A DNA stretch of 63,778 nt, counting the filler, from Octopus bimaculoides (lineage: Eukaryota), in the NCBI RefSeq assembly GCF_001194135.2. It is 7 parts of 7 records of this genome, joined end to end, with 100 filler letters (N's around TTAATTAATTAA, not from the genome) between each part and the next. Parts side by side here need not be neighbours in the genome. Positions count along the whole stretch, not along the records: positions 47,128 to 56,669 come from NC_069000.1; positions 56,770 to 60,735 come from NC_069002.1; positions 60,836 to 62,353 come from NW_026414495.1; positions 62,454 to 63,778 come from NW_026411652.1; 3 more parts are not named here. One strand, written 5' to 3'. The notes beneath the pieces are model-generated. The model made no database searches. It saw nothing but the letters and a program-made list of their open reading frames with translations, and had not been told where the DNA came from. Position 1 is the stretch's first letter; the number at the start of each line of letters is the position of its first letter. This document shows, in pieces, positions 53,024-63,778 of the stretch. The position numbers and the translations under genes are program-made.

Positions 53024-54293
53024 TGCCGCCGCCATTTCTGTTACTATCCTATCGTTCGACCTGCATTTAGAACGTCCGTTTCAACCTCACCTCTCTCAGA
53101 TTCATTTGTAAATGCCCGTGGCTGAGTGGGTAGAGTATTCGCCTCGCGATCGTAACGCTGTGAGTTCGACTCCCGACGGCTCGTTGTGTCCTTATGCAAG
53201 ACACTTTATTCCACGTTGCTCCAGCTGGCAAAAATGAGTTGTACCTGTACTTCAAAGAGGCCAGCCTTGCCACATTCTGTATCACGCTGAATCTCTCTGA
53301 GAACTACGTTAAGAGTACACATGTCCGTGGAGTACTCAGCCACTTGCATGTTAATTTCACGAGCAGGTTGTTCCGTTGATTGGATCAACTGGAACACTCG
53401 TTTCGTAACCGATGAACTGCTAGTATCCTCAGATTGATTCTGCTGAAGGTTTCCCTGCGTCTATCGGTGCCGATCCTCTCACAGTTTATGTGCTGAATCT
53501 AAAAGAAGGGACAGAGCCCATGGGCCTTGCAGGCATCCCTAGACATATGTTGTTGACCTTAATGACGTTGGTATTCCGTTAAAACTGTTGCTGGTTAACA
53601 CTTAGAGAGGAAAGACATAAACGAGCTTGGGATGGGGTGAGATTTCATAGGGATGATGGGCTTGGGATGAAGGACTGGGCACAAAGGCTGATGCAAGGAA
53701 AGGTGTTTTGGATTACCGATGGAGAGCCATGCTGCTCTCAGAGCTCGTTATTTTTGTTATTGTTGTTTAAAGCCGTATTTTGTTGACTAAACTGGGTTAT
53801 GTTTGATAGAGATTTTACTGCTAAAACGAAACAACTTGTTGGTGCTCTGAACCCTGCATTACCTGTGACTTCAATTAGGGAGTACACTGGAAAAATATGT
53901 AGCGCGTCGCACAAACTGCTTTTCGTCATTTCTTGAGGCTCTTTATGTTCTGGGTTCAAATATCATCAAGGTCAGCTTGGCCTTTCGTCCTTTGAGTCGA
54001 TAAAATAAGTACCAGTTGAGTATTGAGGTCGAGTATTGAGGTCGAGGCAATCAGCTTTCCCGCTTGTGCCAAAATAAGTACCAGTTGAAAACTGGAGATC
54101 TATGCAATCGACTAGCCACACCCCTCCCAAATTTCAGACCCTGTCATTGTTGAAAGATTTGTGGCTTCATTCAGTAAGCTGACAAGATGGCTGAATCGTC
54201 AGCTCTTCGGACAAAATGCTTAGCGGCATTTATTTCGGTTCTTTACGTTCTGAGATCAACTTCGCATTTCGTTGTTATTATTGTTACTTTTGT

Positions 54294-54545
54294 GGAGGCG
54301 CGTGGCTTAGTAGTTAGGGTGTCAGCACCATGATCGTAAGATTGCGGTTTCGGTTCCTTGACCGGGTGGCGCTTTGTGTTCTTGAGCAAAACACTTCATT
54401 TTCACGTTGCTCCAGTCCACTCAGCTGCCAAAAATGAGTAACGCTGCGATGGACTGGCGTCCCGTCCAGCTGGGGAACACATACGCCATTGAAACCGGGA
54501 AACCGGGCCCATGAGCCTGGCTAGGCTTTAAAAGGGCGCATTTAT
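54294..54545 (+). mobile_element. SINE with V-domain-like core (second copy about 55590-55790 on -)
   Basis: tRNA-like head (gtggcttagtagttaggg...ggtttcggttcc) and ctgcgatggactggcgtcccgtccag at 54444-54469, resembling the V-SINE domain as I recall it. Confidence 0.6.
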
Positions 54546-55877
54546 TTTAAAAATTTTATTGTCATTTTTAATCGATTCAAGTTTCAAGCTAGTTTGCAGA
54601 CAATTATGATATTGCTGTAGTCTTATGAATATGATCTTGTATCTGTAAAGGTGAACCTTCATTTCATCGCTTTGGGATCGATAAAATAATGTTCTAGTCA
54701 AGTACCGAGGTCGATGTAATCGAATCGTCCTCTCCCTCAAAAATTGCTGTCGTTGAACTCTGCAACGGATTGTCGTCCCGTTGAGTGAACATGTTGTAAT
54801 CTCGGTCACTTATACGCCATGGAAACCGGGCAACCGGCCTTATAAGTCCTGCTGGTTAGAGTGTTACTCTCACGATCACCAGATTGGGTGGTGCGTTGTG
54901 TTTTTGAGCAAAACTCTTTATTTCACGTCGCTCTACGATCACTTTGACCTCTGACGCGTAGTACACCGTGCACCTGTTCAGGAAACATCGATTTGATGGA
55001 AAGTGTGAGCTGAAGTACAGCACATACATTTGATCATTATAAACAAATCATTTGTGCGGGTCATACAGCAAAAAATGTACACTAATAGGTCGTCTTCCAC
55101 GGGATATTCCATCAGCAATGTATGTATTTTAAGACCTGTCTTAAAAATGGTGTCGTTCTTTAAAATTCAGAATCCTGTGATGTTGTTAAAAATCATTAAG
55201 TTCTGAGTTCAAATGCCACCGAAGTCGACTTTGCCTCTTATCCGCTAGGGTCGATAAAATGAGTACTAGTTGAGCTCTAGGATTCATTGTAATCGACATT
55301 CACCTCCCCTCAAAATGGCTGCCCTTGTACCCAAATTGGAAAGAATTATTTGAAACTTCAATTCAAATAATTCCCCGTTGCCTCTTGCATTTCTCTCATG
55401 CTGAGGTTACTGGCGTAAAGATGACTTCCTCTGATATTTTGAACTGGTCTGCATCAGTTTGTATCGTCGCATACATTGTATCCTTGATAGGTAACCGGCG
55501 CACTGTACTGCTGCCATCTTTCTTATATTCTAACACAATTTTTTTTATACAACTTTCACAGAATCTTTACCTATAAGAACTCTAATATCCGCCTTTTATC
55601 ACAACATTAACTCCTGGACGGGACGCTAGTCCGCCGCAGAGTTGACAGGACTAAAGCGAAATGAAATACTTTGCTCAAGAAAGCAACGTGTGCTTTACTA
55701 AAGAACACAACGCATCGGCCACGGCCTGGAATCGAAACTACGACCTGGTGATCGTAAGTGCGACTGCCAAACCCTTAAGCCACGCACCTTCTTGCAGACT
55801 ATTTTCAGGTTTCCGCGAGGACATCCTTCAAGCCCCACAAAAGAGATTTCAGTCAAGCCGATAGAAGCCATTCTCTG

Positions 55878-55908
<31 letters not shown>

Positions 55909-55939
55909 TTTCCTTCCTTCCTTCCTTCCTTTCTTTATT

Positions 55940-55987
<48 letters not shown>

Positions 55988-56369
55988 TNNNNNNNNNNNN
56001 NNNNNNNNNNNNNNNNNNNNNNNNNNNNNNNNNNNNNNNNNNNNNNNNNNNNNNNNNNNNNNNNNNNNNNNNNNNNNNNNNNNNNNNNNNNNNNNNNNNN
56101 NNNNNNNNNNNNNNNNNNNNNNNNNNNNNNNNNNNNNNNNNNNNNNNNNNNNNNNNNNNNNNNNNNNNNNNNNNNNNNNNNNNNNNNNNNNNNNNNNNNN
56201 NNNNNNNNNNNNNNCTCGCTCTCTCTACCTATCTCTCTCTCTCCGCCTTCCACTCCAGCAAACCCCTGTACCCACTGTCGTCCAATTCTACTGATCCCAT
56301 TCACATTAATAAACCCTTCTAAATAGACCAACAACAAAACTTATACCCCTCCTCCTCCTCCTCCTACTC

Positions 56370-56407
<38 letters not shown>

Positions 56408-56598
56408 GATGATGATGATAATAAAACCTATCCACCTTCGTTTTACACTGGTTTCTTCTAAATCTTTAAACGGCGATCATTTTTGTTCCTGGCCGTTGCC
56501 TTTGCCATGTTTTACAATCTTTGACAAATTTTATTCATAAAATAACCTGATTCCATTCGTTTCCTCGTTCTTTTCTCTTCTCTTTGTTTCTCTCTCTG

Positions 56599-56669
<71 letters not shown>

Positions 56670-56769
56670 NNNNNNNNNNNNNNNNNNNNNNNNNNNNNNN
56701 NNNNNNNNNNNNNTTAATTAATTAANNNNNNNNNNNNNNNNNNNNNNNNNNNNNNNNNNNNNNNNNNNN

Positions 56770-56828
<59 letters not shown>

Positions 56829-58702
56829 GTATGTATATATATATATGTGTGTTTATATACATATATGTATGCGTGTATGTGTGTGCTGGACACACACACA
56901 CACACACACACATATATGTATATACACACATACACGCATCTATCTGAGTTTGTGTGTGTGTATATATATATACTTTAATTACATCTGTTTGTTGCATACA
57001 CACCCGTCTTCGTCTTTTGTTTTTCTATAAATTGTCACTATAGATAAATAGTAAGATTAATAGATAACTAGAAGTGTAGATAAACATGACTTGGCAAAGA
57101 GAATTATCTCGTACGTGTATATATATATATATATATACACTCTCTCGCGCGCATACATATATGGGGTTGGACAATGGATGGTAATTTGATGTAAAGCTCT
57201 GTACTGCTTACGACCTGCTCCTTTCGTGCCAACCTTGTCTTTATTCGCTTACGGTAACCCTAAAATACGTCATAGGCAATATAATGGCCTCGTTACCAAG
57301 CTTTTTGAAGTCCATGACCCAGCAGAGGTACAACTTAACCTATTAAAGGAGTCACCCGCCAACGAAGATGTCTTTGTAATATGTTACCATCCTTTCGCTA
57401 ACTGTTTTCAGTTCTTGTGTAATTACAACCAGACACAGACACTCCGTCATGTTTAACCCAGCCGAACATCTGAAGATGAGAGCAGAAAGGAAAACTGACT
57501 GCCCTAATCCTCGGATGGTACTCATTTTCGACTGAGTGGAGTGAAGGACGTGAAGTGGAGTGTTTTGGCCAAGGGCACAACGCACAAGCGGAGTTTTGGT
57601 ATGGCGCACATGACCAGAATGCCCTTTACAACAAGTCTACGCGTATTCGCTAAATCTTTCATAGAATAAAATAATTTATGTTCGTGTATGTATGTTTTTG
57701 CGTGTGTGAATTTCTGTATGTGTGTGTGTGAGTGTATATGTACATGTGTATTTGTACGTGTGAGATTTATATGCGTTTGTACATAACTTTTTCGACCTCC
57801 AGATCAAAACATGCCCGCTGGTTTCACCAGTGTTTTTCAAGGCCAGATCCATTTCAGTCAGTATTATCTTGATTTTATTAAAAAGAAAAAAACTGTACCC
57901 GTCAAATACTAGGAGGTTAACATAATCCCCTGAACCCTCTCCCTTCAACATTGCTGGCTTTAAGCTTAAATCAGAAACAATATTATTACGAGCACAGGTT
58001 TGGCAGAATCGTTAGGACGTTGGACAGGATGTTTTACAATATTTATCCCGAGCTGGCAGAATCGTTAGCACGCCGGGCAAAATGCTCAACAGAATTTCGT
58101 CCAGCATTACGATCTGAGTTCAAATTCAGCTGAGGTCGACTTTGCTTTTCATCCTCTCGAGGTCGTCAGAATTAAGTACCAATTGAACAGTGAGATCGAT
58201 GTAATCGATTTACACCCGAACTTATTGGCTAAAAGTTGAAACCAATATTTATCCCAATCCTTTATGTTCTAAGCTCAAATCCTGTCGAGGTCTGTGACTA
58301 TTGGAAATTTAACCGATGCCAGTACTTCGTCTCCTGCCGGGTGGATAACCATTATACTAAGTTTTAGCGTCTCATAATTCTGTTATTCGATACAAGTGCT
58401 TTCTTCGGATAGATATGACGAGATTGTTATCTATGCTACGAGGCACGTTCAGTAGAGGGAAATTTATTAAAACAATCTTTATAATTTATATTTTGGCTCT
58501 GTATTTCTACTTGTCTTATTATTTTTATATTTCTTATTTTTTTCGTTTCTTGCTTGAGTCTCCAACTTATATAGGGGCTTATATTTAAAAAAAGGATCCT
58601 TGACGAGACAATTCTAAGAAACTATGCAATAATCCTGTTACTTAGGAATTATTGAAACAAATGTAGAAAAAAATTTCCACTGACATTGTTTTCTGTAGTT
58701 CC

Positions 58703-58754
<52 letters not shown>

Positions 58755-60686
58755 GATGTGGTAGAAAGGCCTTAATTTTGTCCTATCTTGTAGGCATTGT
58801 ATATGTAGAGCTAACCACTTCAATAAATTCTAAATTATCTCTTGAGCACTTATATCGACAATCTGCAGGTTTATACATCGTGTGTAGAATTAGAAAGATG
58901 TGTGTCCTTTTTCTACACACATATGCCTCCCTCCATACGTGTGTGTGCATATATATACTTAGACATACATATACACTCATTAAGAAATATATACATTGTA
59001 TATAGTGAGAAAAATGCAGGCGCATGTATACAGATGAACTCAGAAATAATAGCGAAATCTCCATTAATTCTAATAGTGCTCTGTTAACAAAAGAAGGACA
59101 TATTATGCAGTATGTCCTACAAAAAGATGAAATGTTCATGGCTGGAGCGTCTTTTGTGGTAGATTCACTAAGTCGTTCTTCATTTCACCTAAACAATATC
59201 AACACATGTACATATACATGTATGTGCACAGATACACTAATGAATGTATATAGGTATATGAAAATATATATACATCTATATATACATACATACCAACGGA
59301 GATAATTATGCACATACACTCACATTTATATTTGTACACGCATATATGCATACACAGACACACATATTTAGATATGCATACACATGCATACAGACACACA
59401 CACACACACGCACATACATACACATGCAAACGCACAGAAATTTATATACATGCATAAAGCAATAATCACATGTGCACACACACTTAAAAACTAGTAACAC
59501 AAAGGCATGCACAATAAGTGGCAAACACAAAGATATTCACATACACACATTTAGACACACATACACACACAATCACATCGTTACAAGAAATATATACGCA
59601 TAGATAAGACCACAACCACACACACATTTCTATACAGTCATACCCATATATATAAACATACACGGACAGACATACACCATACAAGCGGTGTCAACATCAA
59701 ACAGAGAACCTCATTCAATTAGGAAATGCCTTCACGAAACATCAAGCAAGCTGGTTCGATGTTTAAGAGAGGCAGTCAATAATGGGATGGGATGATAAGG
59801 GTGGACTCTCTTATCGAATTGAATAGTACCACCAGGGGTAGACGACCAGGCTGTTGTTTGCATTTCTTTTGCTTTTGGTTCTTTTTTTTTCTTTTTTCGG
59901 TGGGGTTCGCTTTTTTGTTTTATAAGTGGTAACTGAATATGTGAATATAGATGGATGCATATGTAATACTTATATATGCTTGTACACACACACACACACA
60001 CATATATATATATTCACGTGAATATGTATGTGTGTGTATGTATAAATATGTGTGCGTGTGTGTGTACATATATATATGTAAACAAATATATATATATATA
60101 AGGTATTTATATATGTATACATATGTGTATCTATATTCATGTGTATATATATNNNNNNNNNNNNNNNNNNNNNNNNNNNNNNNNNNNNNNNNNNNNNNNN
60201 NNNNNNNNNNNNNNNNNNNNNNNNNNNNNNNNNNNNNNNNNNNNNNNNNNNNNNTATATATATGAAGTTTTTGTATTGCATGTGAATTGTTTTTCTTGGC
60301 TTCTTAAATGGCAGAATCTCCTCCCAGCGGAGTTCATTAGGGCTGGTTATATATAGATTAATGGTTCGATCCTCGCTGTGATCGTTGCTTAATGACATAG
60401 ACAATGTCTATACTCTGTGCACGTACATGAATGTGTGTATGTGTATAAATATTAATATATGTGTGTGTGTGTGTGTGCGTGTCTGTGATTATATACAAAC
60501 ATATATATAAATGCATATACTCATAAATATATAGATATTTATATTCACACACACACACACACACACGTATATAACACAAACATTTCCAGCTAGATATTGA
60601 CAATATCCAACAAGTACAATATTAATGTGATGGCTACTTATTTTCCATTTTACCTAATATTATTTTATAAAATAAATATTTATACA

Positions 60687-60735
<49 letters not shown>

Positions 60736-60993
60736 NNNNNNNNNNNNNNNNNNNNNNNNNNNNNNNNNNNNNNNNNNNNTTAATTAATTAANNNNNNNNN
60801 NNNNNNNNNNNNNNNNNNNNNNNNNNNNNNNNNNNTTGGGTCGTTGATGACCTCTTTCTAGCATATTGGCTGTCCACCTAGTGGTCATCCCTTATACACG
60901 TATAATACAATTTTCAGATTTGTTATATGCTAGGCCACTTGGTTTTAAATTGAATTAATATTCAATTTATCATCCTATCTATCTATCTATCTA

Positions 60994-61025
<32 letters not shown>

Positions 61026-61029
<4 letters not shown>

Positions 61030-62072
61030 ATACTTCGACCGTGCGAACCAAAGTAGATGGCGACGTAGACGGTAAAGGCTCCTTTTTACCATGTCGCACG
61101 GTCGAACACAAAATAAAGATATATATGATAGAAGGCTCATCGTGAGATACGAACCATGGTGCCAGTAAAGAACTTAGGACAAACTCAACCGTTAGATATA
61201 TAATGAGAATAAATTTATTAACAAAGTGAAACTGTTTGTGTCTGTGTGCGTGTGCATGTGACATATAAAATTAACACAGTAGATAAATCAGGCCTTGGTG
61301 TACAAGAGAATGTATACAACAATGTGAAGTGACGGACAGTCGTATAAAACAATAGTGTGAGAGTACAAGGGTGTGTGTGAGTGAGAATAACACAGAACAT
61401 AGAAAGAGTGTCTGTAACATAGACTACAAGTCTCAAACACTGAGAATAGAGAAAACCAGTTCGTATAAGAGTTACACAAGATTTAGAATGTTCATACGCA
61501 GGAAGTCGTGGTCAAGGAGCAGAGCTGTAGTATCACACTATGTGTGTTGAGCGTCGAATGCTGCGACCGTGTTACCTGATATAGTATATTCTGGCTGGTT
61601 AGTTCTGACTGTTGATCGTGAGTGGAAACTCCATTCAAACAGTGAAAATAAAACCGCGCTTGTTGATGTTGGTGTTGCTGGCGATGACAATGGTAGACAG
61701 TGCATTGGTAGTGAAGACGTCGGCGCTGGAACTGGCTGTAGCTGTGTTCTGTATGTGTGTGGTCAACGACCAGACCTGTGAGAGATCTGAAATCGAAGAC
61801 GTGTGTGGTCAGCGACCAGACCTGTGAGAGATCTGGAGTCGAAGACGATTGCCGTCGTTGGATCGGGCTTATTTATAGGCGAAAATGGGCTCACCGGAAA
61901 CCCAGTAAGACTCTCTATCATGTGACTTTATCCCTAGGCCACGATTGGACGTAATGCCCCCTTAGCAAGCAGAACATAGAGACAATTGCCACGCAAAATA
62001 AGAACCAATCAGGATGATGGACAGAAAGGGCCCAAGGTAGCTGAAGGCTAGATGTTAGCAGCTTCGTTATCA
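61026..62072 (-). mobile_element. Probable solo LTR
   Basis: The - strand begins TGATAA and ends TATTACA (TG...CA). It carries CCAAT (61943-61948), TATAAATAA (61869-61877) and AATAAA (61214-61219) in the expected order, plus an internal 46-bp direct repeat (61755-61846). No clear TSD. Confidence 0.45.
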
Positions 62073-63160
62073 TTTATGATTGAATGGCCGAGAGAAAAGT
62101 TTCACTACATATATATATTTATATGAGCAACACACACATACACACACGCACGTATGTACACCAATTGCATACATATTTTTTGTACGCATACATGTTCGTA
62201 TGTGTGTGTGTGTGTGTTGCCCGTATATCAACAAAACACACACACCTTGCCTTACATATATATACGGATAAATGATTTGAAATAAAGATATTTTGGAAAT
62301 GGTGATTTATGGTACAATACCTAGAAACGTGAAAATCAGACCACATGGGTTTGNNNNNNNNNNNNNNNNNNNNNNNNNNNNNNNNNNNNNNNNNNNNTTA
62401 ATTAATTAANNNNNNNNNNNNNNNNNNNNNNNNNNNNNNNNNNNNNNNNNNNNTGTGTGTGTGTGTATTGCGAGAAGACGTATATTATTACCGCTTTAAA
62501 TTACTTAATTTCCATATCTAAAGTTTCTATGTACTAAGACGCATACCACAGTCATCGTGTATAATTATATATGTACGTCTGTGTGTGCATATATCTATCT
62601 TTATTTACATGTTATATATATATATATATGAATGTATGTCCTCGCATACACATATGTAGATACAGACATATGTATGTATACAGATGTATAGACAAAGACA
62701 AGCGCATGCGTGTACATATACACATTCACATATATATACACACATACACACACACACACACCCATACACACACGCGCGCAAACACGCGCGCAAACACGCT
62801 TACACACACACACACATACTCATATATATATATATATATACACATAAACACATGTATAAATTTACATATTCGTGCGAATACGTCCATCCACGTATACACA
62901 TATACATACATGTATACCTACATACATATATACATACTTACATATTTTTAACCCTTAATTTTTTTTTGCTTTTACACTATTGCTCGTCTCAGTTATTCAA
63001 TTGTGGACATTGTAGGGTGCCTATTTTAAGGTTTTCAGTCGAGCAAATCGACTCCAATACATATTTTATGCCGATCTCTACTTCTGACATAATTTCCGGT
63101 TGCTAACCGGCGTTGTTGTGTCATAAACACAATCTCAAACATAATTGCAAAAATATTTGT

Positions 63161-63221
<61 letters not shown>

Positions 63222-63249
63222 NNNNNNNNNNATATATAAACGCACCTAG

Positions 63250-63296
<47 letters not shown>

Positions 63297-63598
63297 GTAT
63301 ACGTCATAAGAAATTGGAAACTTCCAGATTACGTGAAATGATTCGTTTTTAACGGTCGAAGCAGATAGTTATAAATAACGGCGAATAAATATTGAGCTTA
63401 AAAACAACTTTTTTCTAGTCAAAGGGTTCTTTCTTGGGTTCTCCACTTCGAATTCTATCGTTAAAAAGTAATTATTTCTTATATATGCACGTATATAGCT
63501 AGCTTCCCAAAGATGGATAAACAGACAGACAGACAGACAGATAGATAGATGATAGTGAGAGATAGAGAGATAGATAGATTGTTAGCTAGCTAGCTAGC

Positions 63599-63642
<44 letters not shown>

Positions 63643-63778
63643 TAAATAGATAGCTAGCTAAATAGACAGACAGACAGATAGATAAACAGATAGATAGCTA
63701 AATAGACAGATAGATAGATAGATAGATGGGGTATCTAAGAGATACCACCACGCTGGAAATAACAGTCAAATCTTGACT

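Noticed and set aside
61755-61846. 46-bp direct repeats (and the 19-mer array at 52929) as a CRISPR-like array
   Set aside because: The units are directly adjacent with no spacers, there are no cas genes, and the context is eukaryotic.

Overview
AT-rich, microsatellite-dense, repeat-saturated animal genomic DNA. The SINE families and repeat style suggest an octopus (inference). The window is seven blocks joined by six artificial 100-nt linkers (44 N + TTAATTAATTAA + 44 N), so adjacency across them is unproven. Two host genes are partly present. (1) The last two coding exons (end of loop C to M3, then M4) of a PAR-motif, anion-type Cys-loop channel (GlyR/GluCl-like), + strand, 18482-18855 and 23254-23424. 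(2) The last two exons of gamma-tubulin, - strand, 42002-42163 and 34622-34822. The remainder is mobile DNA: a decayed Helitron RepHel upstream of the tubulin exons, two TA-flanked Tc1/mariner-superfamily fossils, RTE-, CR1/L2- and R4/Dong-like LINE fragments, several tRNA-derived SINE families (some multimeric) and a probable solo LTR. The main observations are a 1.35-kb near-perfect palindrome in the channel's last intron (candidate dsRNA/ADAR-recruiting element), unusual M2 residues in that channel, a CpG-decay contrast that looks like a fossil methylation footprint confined to the tubulin block, and shared LINE-SINE 3' tails. Most ORF-track entries are microsatellite or gap artefacts. All family assignments come from motif recognition by eye; no searches were run.
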